A DNA stretch of 64,000 bases from Selaginella moellendorffii (taxonomy: Eukaryota; Plantae; Lycopodiophyta): positions 744,001-808,000 of the forward strand of contig NW_003314332.1 of assembly GCF_000143415.4 (NCBI RefSeq), given 5' to 3'. A model generated the notes under the pieces. The model ran no database searches. It was not told the DNA's origin and worked only from the letters and a program-made list of their open reading frames with translations. Below, one piece after another: positions 11,589 through 24,540 of the stretch; the stretch's first letter is position 1, and each line of letters opens with the position of its first letter. A program made the translations under genes and the position numbers.

Positions 11589-14500
11589 CTACAAACGCCC
11601 ACTGTGGCTGACGAGGGGGGTGTCGTCCGCCACCGACAGTGGCTGCGACGAGGCGCACGACTCGGCCTCGTAGCTGTAGTAGCCCCGCTCCCTCGCCGAG
11701 AGCAGCATCCGGACCACCTGACGCATGGATGGCCGCTCCAAGGGCTGGAAGTTGGTGCAAAACAGCGCAACCTTGAGCACCAGGACCATCTCGTCTACAA
11801 CCGACTGGTCGGACAGATCTAGTCGCGTGTCCAGCAGCTCCGCCGCCGAGCACTGCGTCCCTCGCCTCACCCATGTCACCAGGTCCCCGCCCAGTTCCAG
11901 CGGCTGGATGGGACGCCGCCCCGTTACCAGCTCCAGCAACACCACGCCAAAGCTGTAGATGTCACACTTCTCCGTCACGATCATCGTGTAGGCAAACTCT
12001 GGAGATCCACACCAAGTAAGTGTCACTGTTGTAGGTGTGCGTAGCTTACCGGGGGCAATGTAACCGTATGATCCAGCCACCGCCGTCGTGGACCTCCCCT
12101 CGGGTTCGTCCAAGAGCTTGGCCAGCCCGAAGTCTCCGACGTGAGCCTCAAAGTTCTCGTCCAGCAGGATGTTGTTGGACTTGATGTCTCTATGCACCAC
12201 CAGCGGCTTGCAGTCGTGATGGAGATACGCCAACCCCTCCGCGGCTCCCACGGCGATGTTGTAGCGCCGGTTCCAGTCGAGAGGGCAGTCGCTCCTGTGA
12301 AGCAGCTCACCGAGGCTGCCATTGGACATGTACTCGTAGAGCAAGAGATTGCAGCCTTGGTGGCGGCAGAAGCCCATGAGCTTGACGATGTTGCAGTGGC
12401 GGACCTGGCCCAGCGTGGACAGCTCCGTGTTGAAGCTGTTTAGAAAGCTCGAGTGGGCTCCGTCGCTCTGGGTCATGATCTTCTTCACAGCCACCACCTC
12501 GCCGGTGCCCGGCACCACCGCCTTGTACACCGTCCCGGACGCGCCACTCCCAAGCACGTAGCTCTCGGCGAAGTCGTGCGTCGCCGCCACGATGTCGGCG
12601 TACGTGAAGCTCGACTTGGCCACCTGGAACTTGTCGCTGCTGTCGCCGCCGCTGAAGTACCTGCTGCTGCTGGGATCGTCCAACGGATTGAGCGGCGTGG
12701 GCCGCCGGGAGCAAAACCAAAGGGAGCCCGCCGCGATGAACACCACCGCGCCGCCAAGGATCCCAAACACCACGCCCAGCACGAGCTTGACGGGCACCGC
12801 CTGCCTGGACGACGCTAGGATGCCCCCGCCACCACCCGGAGTGGCGGAGTTTGGACCGCTGCCCACACTGGTCTGGCACAGCTGGAACAAGGGAGCTCCA
12901 CAGAGGCCACTGTTGTCCGCAAAGTTGGTGGCGTCCATGTTTGCGAAGGCCGGAGCGCCGGGCAGCGGTCCGGCGAGCTGATTGTGGGAGACGTTGAAGA
13001 CGATGAGGCTGCGAAGCCTGACGAAGGAGGCCGGGATGGAGCCCGACAGCATGTTGTTGGAGAGGTAGAGGTACTCCAGGAGGATGAGGTTTCCCAGCTC
13101 CTCGGGTATGGGCCCCGAGAGATAGTTGTGGCTGAGGTTGAGCATGATCTGGAGGCTCGTCAGGTTCCCCAGCTCGGGCGGTATCAAACCAGAGAGCCTG
13201 TTTCCTCCAAGGTGGACCTCCGTCAACCTCAAGCTGCCACCCAGGGCCGCCGGAACTTGACCCTGGAGCTGGTTGTCCGACAGCCTCAATCGGTCCAGTG
13301 ACTTGAGCGAGCCGATCCTGTCCGGTATGCCACCCGTGAACAGGTTCTTGCTGAGATCCAGCAGCTGCAAGTTGGTGCAGTTTGTGATGGACGCTGGAAT
13401 CTCACCCGTCAGCCTGTTGCTCGAGACGTTGAGCACGACAAGCTGCGAGAGTCTGCCAATGTCCGGTGGCAGCGTTCCCATGAGATCGTTGTTGTTGAGG
13501 AGTAGCCTTGACAGGCTCGTGCTCGGCGAGGGGATCCCTCCGGTGAATCGGTTCCCATAGAGCTCCAGCGACGTGAGGTTGACGAAGCGGCTGAGCTCCA
13601 CGGGTATGGTCCCTTTGAACATGTTGTCGCCGAGGCGGAGCTGGACAAGGGAGTTGCAACTCCGCACCGCCCAAGGGATCTGGCCGCTGAGCCCGTTGCT
13701 GTAGAGGTTTAGCCAGATGAGGCCACCGTTCCAGCACACGTACTTTGGTATGCCACCCACGAGATTGTTCTCGGACAAGTCGAGAACCGCCAGCCTGCTG
13801 TTCTTACCCATGAGCGGAGGGATGCTGCCCGTTATGTTGTTCTCGAAGAGATGGAAGCGCTCCAGCGTTGGGATGTCTTGCAGCACCGGCGGGATGTCTC
13901 CACTCAGGCTGTTCATCGAGAAATCCAGCACCTTGAGACGCTTGAACTGTCCAAACTCCGCGGGCACGGGTCCGCTCAGCCGGTTCTCAAACAGGTGGAG
14001 AAGCTCCAGGGTGTCGATCCTTGCGAGGTCCCCGGGTATGGCACCCGTCAGCTGATTCTCCGATACGTCGATCTCCTTCGCCATGCTGCAGTTGCCGAGC
14101 TCCGCCGGGATGCTCCCGGTTAGCGAGTTGGAGTAGATGTAGAGGTACTCGAGGCTCGCCAACTTTCCAAGCGAGGGCGGGATGGAGCCCTGTAGCTGGT
14201 TCTTGTAGAGGGCGAGCATGGTCAGGTTGGATAGCTGGCCCAGCTGCGGAGGGATACTCCCGGTGAGGCAGTTTTGCCAGAGGACCAAGCTTTGGAGGTT
14301 GCGCATGGAGCCAATCTGGGGAGGGATGGCGCCTGAGATGGAGTTTTGCGCGAGGCCCAGGAAGGTCATGCTGCTGCAGTTGCTGATCTCGGGAGGGATG
14401 GAGCCGGAGAAGCTGTTCTGACCGGCCCGGATGATCTCGAGGTTTTGGAGGCGGCCAAGGCTGGCGGGGATTGGGCCCGTGAGATTGTTGGTGTAGAGCA

Positions 14501-15038
14501 CCAGCTGCTGCAACGAGGCGAGGCCTCCGAAAGAGTCGGGGATGTTGTCGGTGAGGAAATTGTTGTAGAGGAAGAGCTGGCGGAGGGACGCGAGAGATCC
14601 CAGCTCGGCCGGGATAGGACCCCCGAACGCGTTGCTGCTGAGGTCCAGGGTCTGGAGGCGCCTGCATCGCGACAGCTGCCAGGGGATGGATCCATGGAGC
14701 TTGTTCTTGGAGAGGACGAGCGTCTCGAGCCGGGTGAGGTTACCGATGGACGCTGGCAATGTCCCGGAGATGTTGTGAGCGTCAAGATCCAGCACCGCGA
14801 CGCGGCTCGAGTTGCCGGCACAAGTGACCCCTTTCCAAGAACATACCGTGCCGTTGCCTGACCCACTGCTATACTTACTCGCACTCGCGGATGACCAGGA
14901 CCACGACCGAAGAGCGTCGCCGGGGAGCACCCAGCTGCGCTTTACCTCTGCTAGAACTGCCGCATCATCCACTTCCGGATCGCTCACCACCAAAGTCAAA
15001 AACCCCACAACCAGGATGGTGGATAGCCAGCTTCTCAT
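11589..15038 (-). CDS. LRR receptor-like kinase, subfamily XI (PSY-receptor-like)
   Basis: Signal peptide, about 25 LRRs, TM and an RD kinase (HRDIKSNNILL, DFGLAK, GSYGYIAP|EFAY). The single in-frame 51-nt intron 12049-11999 is read through in the ORF track. Confidence 0.93.
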   Translation of the reverse strand: MRSWLSTILVVGFLTLVVSDPEVDDAAVLAEVKRSWVLPGDALRSWSWSSASASKYSSGSGNGTVCSWKGVTCAGNSSRVAVLDLDAHNISGTLPASIGNLTRLETLVLSKNKLHGSIPWQLSRCRRLQTLDLSSNAFGGPIPAELGSLASLRQLFLYNNFLTDNIPDSFGGLASLQQLVLYTNNLTGPIPASLGRLQNLEIIRAGQNSFSGSIPPEISNCSSMTFLGLAQNSISGAIPPQIGSMRNLQSLVLWQNCLTGSIPPQLGQLSNLTMLALYKNQLQGSIPPSLGKLASLEYLYIYSNSLTGSIPAELGNCSMAKEIDVSENQLTGAIPGDLARIDTLELLHLFENRLSGPVPAEFGQFKRLKVLDFSMNSLSGDIPPVLQDIPTLERFHLFENNITGSIPPLMGKNSRLAVLDLSENNLVGGIPKYVCWNGGLIWLNLYSNGLSGQIPWAVRSCNSLVQLRLGDNMFKGTIPVELSRFVNLTSLELYGNRFTGGIPSPSTSLSRLLLNNNDLMGTLPPDIGRLSQLVVLNVSSNRLTGEIPASITNCTNLQLLDLSKNLFTGGIPDRIGSLKSLDRLRLSDNQLQGQVPAALGGSLRLTEVHLGGNRLSGLIPPELGNLTSLQIMLNLSHNYLSGPIPEELGNLILLEYLYLSNNMLSGSIPASFVRLRSLIVFNVSHNQLAGPLPGAPAFANMDATNFADNSGLCGAPLFQLCQTSVGSGPNSATPGGGGGILASSRQAVPVKLVLGVVFGILGGAVVFIAAGSLWFCSRRPTPLNPLDDPSSSRYFSGGDSSDKFQVAKSSFTYADIVAATHDFAESYVLGSGASGTVYKAVVPGTGEVVAVKKIMTQSDGAHSSFLNSFNTELSTLGQVRHCNIVKLMGFCRHQGCNLLLYEYMSNGSLGELLHRSDCPLDWNRRYNIAVGAAEGLAYLHHDCKPLVVHRDIKSNNILLDENFEAHVGDFGLAKLLDEPEGRSTTAVAGSYGYIAPGKLRTPTTVTLTWCGSPEFAYTMIVTEKCDIYSFGVVLLELVTGRRPIQPLELGGDLVTWVRRGTQCSAAELLDTRLDLSDQSVVDEMVLVLKVALFCTNFQPLERPSMRQVVRMLLSARERGYYSYEAESCASSQPLSVADDTPLVSHSGRL

Positions 15039-16789
15039 CCTCCTTGGGTGGACGATCGCCAGCAGCAGGAAGAAACGAGCACGACTCCCTACAACACCAC
15101 ATTCTGATCCCCCCGATCGATCATCACCGCCGGATCATGAGCTGCTAGCACAAAGGGGCTTTGAGAGGCTGTCCAGTTCTAGAATCCTCAATCCTCATCC
15201 TTCCCCTGCCACTGCTCTAAATTCCCAGCGGATCCAGAGGCTCCTTCCTGCATTGCCTGATACCCCTGGAACTAATATATACCAGCCAGCCTGAGCCACT
15301 ACAAGATCGAGTGAAAACTCTTGCCTTGAGATCCTGGAGAGATGAAGAAAACAGAGGTGGGCGCAATCATTCCAGCGCCATAGCCAAGTCTAGCTAAAAG
15401 ATTTACCAGCGATCTTCGAGAATCGTCCATCCTTCGCTATCCGTCCATCCCTTCCTCCGTTGTCACGCCAGAGATCTTCCTTTTCGAAACGACTGTGACA
15501 GACCTTTGCTTGTGGGCTTGTGCTCCACAAAGCGGAAAAAAAAGTAAAAAGAAGAAAGAAATTAAAGTTCAAATTGCGGGGCATATGGAGAGAATATGCT
15601 GCCACTTGGCGGTGACGTGGACGGTTGGCTCGTGACGTGTGTCCACTAACGTTGTTGAAATATTCGCCGGTTATGATCAAATTTGCTCGTGCCTGCTGTG
15701 ACGTTATAACTGGTAGGAGGTCGGAATCAAAGCATACGAGATCGAGATCAGAGGAGAAGATGGAAGATGGAAGATGGAATCTCATGATTTATCCGCCAAA
15801 TCATCTAAAAGTATCTGGTGAGGAAGAACCACCACACCCGCAACCGCGCGCGAAAATTCCTTTGATTCTGGGTGACGAGATTCCCTTGGATACCCCTGTG
15901 ATTATTGGTGATGTCATGGATTTGCTAAGTCCTCGCACGTCGTGCGCAACGTTTTCCAAGCGCTGCCACATTATAATTTGTCTAGTGCTTTCCGGGTCAG
16001 CCGTGCCCATGTTCGTGAATCGTCTCCTACTTTTTTAACACACAGAAGATAAACCCCGGCTGGCTCAAACTTGTTTCCTGTCTGTGACAACTCTCTTCGG
16101 GCTTATCTAATGTTATTCCATGTCGATCTTATGTGTGGGCTCAATTTATATATGCCTTGTATTGGACGGATCGAGTGTGGTCCAGATAGGCTTTCAGTCA
16201 AATTTTGGCACCCACGATCGTTGATGCCGTGTTGTGGCCGTTTAGACGCTAGGTAGCTTGGTATGGCATTTCTTTATTGGTTGTTTTTCCACGTTTACTT
16301 CACCATTTCTTTTCTTTGAAATTGCAAGTGTGATGCCATGGCCAAAGTTGGAAACAGCAAGATCACGGGACAAATGAAAAATAATAATAATTTCTGCTCC
16401 GTTGCAGCAGCAACGTGGTTTTCTTTTTTTCTTATTTATTTAAAATTCAATTGAGAAAATAGTTTAACATTGGAATATTCTAATATGTGAAGTTATGAGC
16501 CTTATTATGATCTTCAAATGTAAGTTCTCTAGTGCCATGTTCATAGAAGAGAACAGAGACTTTCTGCTCTTAATTTGCAGCATTATACAGACTAGTTATT
16601 TTTTGTTACAATAGTTAAATGACAATTTTTTATCTCACATCAACTATTACATTGGCAACTCAATTTATTTTTTTATTGTATTTGATGACCCTAATAGGTG
16701 AAAGTGGCCACAGCCTTTTTAGCAAATGTCACCATCGGGAGAAGCTAACAAAATTAACCACCTTAGGCACCATCTTTTCCCCCAAAGCT

Positions 16790-19440
16790 CTCAGCTTATC
16801 ACACTTAAAATGAAGCGTATAACCACACACTTGAGATTGTCAACCAGTGGGTTGATAAAGTGAAACTCTGCCAGCTCTATGACAGCCATCGGAGCCTTGT
16901 CCAGTGCTACGATCTGAAAAAGACGTCTCTTTGAATCAACAAAGAGCCATAAAGTTGTATGCTGTGAATGGATACCTTCTCTACCGACTGGCAACCTTCC
17001 CCAAGGCGATCGAGGAAGACATCATAGCCGGAATGAGGATCCCAACCAGCAGCCTATAGCAAAAGCCACTGGAAACTGATGACACCCTTGGCTCTGCAGT
17101 ATTCGAAAGCAACCATCCAGCAGGCAAGTAGCAGCCCACATAAGCTCCAACGACTTCCTTGTTGCCACCTGTCCTGTCATCCAAGGCCAAAAAGCCCCGG
17201 AATCTGTCTACTGCCACAAACATGTCGTTGGATCTGCCGTTCAGTTCAGTGGACATGACGAAGTAGGGGCCATACTCCTTCTGTTTAAAAAAGGCCGCAT
17301 AGCACTAAGCATAGCACTTACCACCAATAGATCGTATATGGACCTTGTCCCGGCTACTACACTGGTGTCTTGCAACTTTCACAATGCTGATGAGAGGCAT
17401 TTCTCTATGAGCTGCGTGAAATCCTTCCACCTGAGATCAAACAGCAACATACTCGGTAGGTCTCTGAACACAGGTACAAATGTGATGCTCGTGTGCATCA
17501 ACGGGAATGGGTATGTCAGCTCAAGGAAATTATCCATGAACATCATCTGTTCGCTGGACAGTGTGAGCACACTGGCCCAATCGATTGCAATAAGGTTCAT
17601 TTAATCAATTCCAAATCCTCACAGAAAGCTTATTGCAGTCCACCAAAATTCTATGCATTCCAGCTAGAGATCACAAACTAGAGAAAGGAAAATGTCGTCA
17701 GAGAAGTTAAGCTCACCAGATATTACAACCAGACACCAACAGTGAGACGGGATATGCATGCAATGAACTAGAGAAAGAAAAATGTTGTTAGAGAAATTAT
17801 GCGATTATAAACAGATGCCAACATCAACCAAAGCATACGTATTACAGAGCTGGGCAGTCACTTTGCTAGTCAGCCAATTTTACCACGAACAATACACCAA
17901 ACGAAAAGAACGCCACACAGCCAGACATAGAAAATAAGTATCACCCGTTCAAACAAACAAAACACCATAAGTCAGAGACTACATGGAAGGACATCAAGTA
18001 TAGAAGATCAAAATGAGGCTTTTCAACCAGCCACAGATACAGGCAGAAAACTGGGAGAGCCACAATGTAAACATGGCCTGTGTGATGCAGCATGAAACCA
18101 ACAGGAGAGCAATAGATGTAACAATGACAAAAGATCAACTACAGATCCAAAGTGACCAACTCAGAATGCATGGCTAGCATCAACCAAGAGAGCTATAGCT
18201 TCAGCGCCAATCACAAATAGACGCATGGCACAAGGGTACCAGGGATGGGGACAACAACACCAGACTACATGAAAGCAAAGAGAGCAAAGAGTACACCAAC
18301 AAACAATTACAAACCTCAAAATCGCAATCAGGCAGACTACAAAATAGTGGCCAATAGCCCAACAAGAGAACACTAACGAGGCCAGGAACAATCATAGCCA
18401 CCACCAACCACACTTATCAAAGCAAATAGCACACAAAAGAGGAACATGAAGTGTGGTTCTCAATGTTGTATTACTCTGGCTGCCACACATCGAGTATAGA
18501 CAGCTCTCAGGCCCAGAGCAAAAGACTCGAGACCGAAAAGAGATGCGTTCAATCTCTCATATACCATGCACAGAAAATGCTTACAGGATCAATGGAGCTT
18601 GTTCTCACAAACAGAGAAAAAAAAGGGATGAAAGGCCCACCACATGCCATAGCGAGAAACTAGAACCACAAACCAAAATCATGGCTATTATGTCAGCAGG
18701 CGAGCACAAATGGCACACTATGACATACTAACAATCCAACAGCATGAGAGCAAGATCACAATGTACTCAGATCTCATAGTACAAACGTCAACTTATAAAC
18801 AAACCCCACAAGAGTATCAAGTAAATGAATGCTTACCTGGTGCAGCCTGAAGAGCGACTGCAGCACATAAAAAGTTGTCAATACAGTTTTTGATGTAGTT
18901 CAAAACTACATCAAAAAACACCAGAAAACACCAGTAAATAAGAGGTAAAAGGGATAGTAACAAAATAAAAAATAGCAAACAGCACACAACGACATAGCCA
19001 ACCACAACACAACATCTTGTCGTAAACAACCGGAAAACACCTGAGTACAGGCTAATACAAAATCATCCAGCCCAACAAGCAAAGTTCACAAGGCCACAAA
19101 CAAATGCCTGATGCCATAGCCACATTAAATCAAACAACACAATGGCCTAAAACAACTAAGAGCAGACTAGCCAAAACACAAGCCACGCTATAGCCACCAA
19201 AAAACAAATAGGAACAAATTCGCCCAAACTGACAAGACTGGCCTCTCCAAGCTCTATCTAGCCATACCAAGAAATCCGATCACATAAAAAAACTAAGATC
19301 CCCAAATTCATATTTAATCCAACCCCAAATCTAATCTATTTATAATTTGCTCTTACTCAAGAGATTGCGGAATAGCCAAATGCCAAAGAGGAAAGCTAGC
19401 TTACTTGAGTTTGCCCACGCAGCTCGATCACAATCTTTGG
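16790..19440 (-). pseudogene. Decayed gene sharing header exons with the 20.5-23.1 kb NTPase gene
   Basis: Micro-exon 18857-18837 (ALQAAP) and a DWASVLTL exon whose acceptor AG is mutated to AA at 17585. In-frame stops follow downstream. Confidence 0.5.
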
Positions 19441-20760
19441 TTTTTGAGTTTCAAGTTTAGAGTTTTTGAGTGCCCTGCCCCACAATTTTCTTCTTGCTCG
19501 GGTGGTACTGGGTGTTGCCTGCACCGGGCCTCTACGAATACTCTTCTCTTCTGAAATGAATATGCATCGCTTCTTGTTGGGGCTTAGATTTTATTGTAGA
19601 GCCAGATCTTGAGCAGTGTATCTTGAGCCGGGAGCCCATAGACATAGAATTAGACAGTATTAATTCTCCTGGCTTGTCTATAGTTCAGATTGTGGTGCAT
19701 TCTGGTTTCTATAAATCAATCCCAGAAACATTGTATCCCTTGATGTGATCCCTGTACAGTGTGTCTGAGAGACAAGCCAGGAGAGAATGTTTTCTAGTTT
19801 AGTGCATTTTCCAATCGTGAAACTTCCTGCAAGAAATCTTGGTGATCTGATCTCACAATTTCGTTGCTATTAGTTAGCAAGATGAATGGGCCAATGATAA
19901 CTCATACATGTTCACATAACAAGGCATGAAATGGATCATTTGCAAAGGCATCTAGGATTTTCTTTATTCTTTTTACCATGATCACTCTTTTGCCGCCGAA
20001 GATGCCATTGGGGTCCGACACTGTGAGAGACTAGTGCCGCGGACAGCATCCTCCAGCCCCCACTCTGCTTGCCCAAACTACTCACCATCACCTCGACACC
20101 ACCAATCAATTAAGGGATTGTTCAATTGAGTTGGATCTGATATCTTGTGTGTCTTCCATGATCTGTGTTTGTCTGGGTTGTTTCAGGCTATGGTATTCTT
20201 CTGTTGCTTGTTTGACCTGCGGCGCTCATTTGGGCGAGTTTGTTTCTATTTGGCCATGGCGTGGGTTATGTTTTGGCTATGGCATCTGTGCTTTGGGTTG
20301 TTTCAGGCTATGGCGCCGTGTGCTGTTTGATGAAGTGGCTATGGCATCAGGCTTTTGTTCGTGGCCGTTTGCTTGTTGGGCTGGATGTTTTTGTATCAGC
20401 CACGATTTTGTAGTCTGCCTGATTGCGATTGTGCTCATTGCTTTCATGTAGTCTGAAGTTTTCCGGTTGTTGTCCCTGCATGCGTCTATTTGTGTTTGGT
20501 GCGGCTCTGGTGTTTTTCTATGTAGTTGTGAACTGTACTGACAACTTTTTGTGTGCTGCAGTGCCCTCTGCGACAGCTCTTCAGGCTGCACCAGGTAAGC
20601 ATCCATTCTTGTATACTCTTGTGGGTTTGTAAGTTGACGTTTGAGGTACGAGATCTGAGTATGTGTGTGATCTTGCTCTCGTGCTGTTGGATTCTTGGTA
20701 TTCTGCGATCTTTTGGAACTGATTGAATGGACCTTATTGCAGTCGATTGGGCCAGTGTGG
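17566..20760. repeat. Long degenerate inverted repeat
   Basis: Reverse-complement-similar blocks: 17566-17614/20712-20760, 18205-18345/20405-20505, 18733-18890/20531-20692 and 19050-19229/20229-20401. Confidence 0.85.
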
Positions 20761-23106
20761 TCACACTATGTTGGCTATGTTGCTCACTCCTGTTCTTGTC
20801 TGAAACAGAAACAAAAACAACCATAACAGGATCAGTCCTGTTACAGGCGTGTGATACTTCCATCTCCACGAAATCGCGGTTCATATCTCGGTTGGCTCCT
20901 CACGAGTCGGGTTATAAGGCGAAATTTCCCTCGGCCCGGACACTCATGTGCGCGCTTAGTAACCTGCCATGCCTTCTATGGGAAGGCGTAGGAGATGGAC
21001 TTGTGGAGCTCGACAATCGGTTTGCGCAGAGGTTGTCAGAACGTCAAGTCACCGTGCTATTGGCTCCCAGCGGTTCAGGAAAAACGAGAATGTTAATCGA
21101 ACTTGCCTGCAGTAGATTCACGTTGTTTCTCACGGGTAAGCGTCCGATGGTTGGATTTGGAGGAGGATCGGATGATGTAGATAGGGTTGCCAGGTGGATG
21201 GAGACTCGGTTGCCCGGAGGTGAACACGATCTCGATCCGAATCATGCAGTGGTGCGGTTTGGTGTTGGGATTTTGATTCTTGTCCGGTTGAAATATTTGA
21301 AGTTGCTGAAAGCGCTGAAACCTGGGCTTCATCCTCGTGATTGGGCTTTTTTCCAGTTGGAGTACCCGGCAGTTGATGATGTCTTCCATGCTGCTGTTGA
21401 AGCCTTGATCGATTGTGTTCCAGTGGATCAGCAACTGCCTTCGGATCAGCTAAAGGAGGTTATAAGGAATCTTGTAGATGACATTGGCTGGAAGGAGGGG
21501 GTGGTTGTCCTTGATGAGGCTCACATGCTGCTTCATTGTATGAAAGGTCGATTCAAGTCTGAACTCACTCCTACGAAAGGGCAGCCGTTGTTGAACCCCA
21601 TGTTACTGGCTCTGAAGTCGTACGGTTTCTTGAAGAGCTGCTTGTTTGTTGCGGGCACCGGCACGGGTATGCTTAAGGTTCGGGAAAGACTTCTGGGAGG
21701 GACAGTGAAGCCTTTCGATGTAACCGAAATTTATAGCTTACCTGGCTTTGACGACACCAACATTCCAGCCTTTCTCCAACGGTTTATAGATATCAGCAGG
21801 CTGGACATGCCCGCGATTACTTCCATGTACACTGGAAGAAGGCGACTTTTGAGCACGGCGATTGAGAAGTACGTTGTGCAGGACAAACCACCAGAGGATT
21901 GGTTCCAAGTTTTCTTCTTGGAGTTGATCAACAAGACTGGGGTGGAGCCTGGACTTTTTCGGTCTTTAAGGGATGAAGCAGAGCGGGTGTGGGATGATCC
22001 AGAGACGGCACAAATGATTGAGGACATTCTGTTCACGTATTATCTTACAGGTATGTGTCGCTGATTCTTTACAGATATATTCCTCATGCTGGTTTTTTCC
22101 AGGTTTTGGTCATGTTATTGTGCAGCAGAAGAGGAGTGTCATGACCTTAGTTGATTGTGGCTTTGCAACACTGCTTGAGAGTGACGCCAGTGCCGGACCT
22201 TTTGCACCGATTATTCCACACATAAGAGGGGTGAGGGGTGATGAAGCCGGACCTGGTTCTTCAGGTCCGGCTGACGTGCGATACGTGATCCTTCAAGAGC
22301 TGATGATTGCAGAAGCACTCTGGGACCATATGCCTGCTGGTACAGTAATGGAGCGAGTCATCAGCACAGCTGCAAACGCATCAGCCTTTGGCATTACCTT
22401 TGAGCGGTTTGCATGCATCATTGGGGAGGCATTTGACAACAAGCTACCAGCTGAGGTTTTGGGTTTGCAGGAAACAGATGTGGTCTACAAGGAGGAGTTT
22501 GAAGTTGTAAAGCCAAGAGGGCACTCGGGGGTGCTGGTTCAGGAGATTCGGACTGAAGAACAGTTGAACCTGTGGCTTGAAGCTGTTGAGGCTGGTGCAT
22601 CGTTTGCTACTTATGCATGGCTTGGATCATTCCAAGAAGGTGGACTAGATGGGATGTTTCTTCTCAGAAGCAAAAAGTCGCACAAGATGATGCCTGTGTT
22701 TCTAGAGTTCAGGACCGGATCTGGGCTGGGTGTGACTCAAGCTTTTTCTTCACTCGACATCATGAAGATTGACAAGATGCTGCATTCAGGAGGAGCCTCT
22801 CGAAAACTAAAACAGTGGTGCTGGACTGGCAATCCTAGGCTGGTTGTTTCACCGAACCCACATCCAAAGGTAGGAAAGGTGGCCTTAGGAGATGTGAGGC
22901 GGAGTGGGCGAGCGAGAAAGGGGCGCAAAGAAATCCCCCTGGTAAGGCATATTTCATTTGATCTTTGACATGTTTATTTTCTCCTTCAGGTTTCACCTCT
23001 ATCGGCTGTTTGGGCTGGTCGGAAACTTCGGGGGATCGTCAACCAGGAATTGCTGGATGCTGTGGAAGAGGTGAAGGAAGGTTTGCAGAAACGGAAAAGG
23101 GGGTGA
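20562..23106 (+). CDS. P-loop NTPase + restriction-endonuclease-fold protein (Crinkler/CR-like), 5'-partial model
   Basis: Exons 20562-20594, 20743-22050, 22103-22941 and 22990-23106 are open throughout. Walker A APSGSGKT 21063-21086, Walker B VVVLDEAH 21501-21524, then AGTG and TGRRR. C-terminal GITFE...GLDGMFLL...VFLEFR and a terminal KRKR. Confidence 0.7.
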
Positions 23107-23629
23107 AGCGCTTTGCTACGTCTTCGGGCCACTCACAGTTCTCCCCTGTGTCCTTGATCTTCTGTTTTGGGAAGGGTTTGAAGAGTTTTTCAGGGACCAC
23201 ATCAATGAATCTCACTTTGTGAAACCGTTGCAGCAAGTCTTCCACATAATCCATGATTGCTGCCTTATGGTTTCCGCTTCCCATGCTATTTGCGTGCTAA
23301 ACCATAGGTTTTAACTTATAGAACACGTTTCTAGAATATTCAGAGTATTATAGTTTTAAATTTATAGAAGTTCCTAGAATATTCAGAGTGTATATTATGA
23401 ACTTCATAGAGTTTGCAAGCAAGAACGTAGGTGCACTGCAACTATTGTGTGGAGTAATTGGTGGTGGTGGTGTTTGTCAAAGAGTGGTTGGTTGATACCA
23501 CCTGGCAAATGAAGAATAGCTCGCCCTTTACTTCTATCTTTTGCTTTTTGTTTGGGGAATAACGTCCACCGCTTAGCAAGTAAAAACACACATATAATTA
23601 AGTAAAACACACATACAAATAAGCAAGTT

Positions 23630-24540
23630 TTACCTTTGTAAGTGTTAAAACATGCCTGATCCAAGTCTTGTTTATGAGGAAGGACAGCTCTTAATAAACC
23701 ATTCTCTGAAGCCAAGGTTTGGAGCCTCTCCAAACCTGCATCCTCAATTTTCTTTCCTTCCAAACTGAGTAGATCAGTAGAATCTAACGCATCAGTAATC
23801 CCACCTTGAGTGCCAGCAGGCCTTTTTTACTGCATTTGTAACACACAAGGGATGAGCCGACTCTTCTGCCCAGAGTACCCAAGAAAAAGATGGCATCTGG
23901 TCCGTTACCTGTCGTCAATATATTTTTTCGAAGTGTAGCACCTGCTGTGGTGAACATGCTTTTCCATGCAGATTGTCACCTCCATGTCTACAAGAGTGCA
24001 TGGTCTCTCAAGCTTTGCAGTCTCAAAGTAGATGCCGGGAACTTTGAAAGTGTCATTGCGTAACAGCACCTTGTTCTCTTGGTGAAGGAACTGCCTCACA
24101 AACTCTGCTGGCACCTTCCCATCTAGTTCCTGAGCTTCCCCAAAAGCAGCCAGCTTCTCTAAGCCCAGACCGATCTTTGAGTGATCACCTTGTCCTTTGC
24201 TGGTAAGCATGTCTTGACAGGAGTCCGAGTCGGTCATAAAATGGTGATAGAGCACTCTGAGTACAGCAGGTTCCTCAAGCCTTATCCAGCGTTCTTTGCG
24301 GCCTGAGAAGAAGTCATCAATGTTCTTGAGTTCCAATTGGCTTTTATTCGTCAACCAGGCTAAACCATATTCCACCAACTGAAGCGATGGGTCCTTGATG
24401 CTGATGAGAGTCGAAGAAGATCCAGAAATTTCGTGGTAAAGTATCACCTTCAACTCTTGCATGGCAGCTCAGGTAACACTGACGCCTGCTCCGAGAGAAT
24501 CCTGAGTGCAAATTCTTTCGAAGAACTCGACATTCCGGTC
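23630..24540 (-). pseudogene. Truncated, frameshifted paralog of the NTPase-REase gene (C-terminal half)
   Basis: LVEYGLAWL, RLEEPAVL, IGLGLEKL and DGKVPAE align with the intact gene. GPDAIFFL lies at 23903-23880, followed by a frameshifted LIPCVLQMQ*. Confidence 0.65.

Noticed and set aside
8000-15038. EPF peptide and LRR-RLK as a ligand-receptor pair
   Set aside because: EPFs bind intron-rich ERECTA-family receptors. This kinase is a one-intron LRR-XI type.
15625-16038. 137-aa ORF
   Set aside because: No motifs, and it lies at the edge of the repeat island.
17941-20632. Cys/hydrophobic ORFs resembling membrane proteins
   Set aside because: Translations of the TG-rich intronic inverted-repeat sequence.
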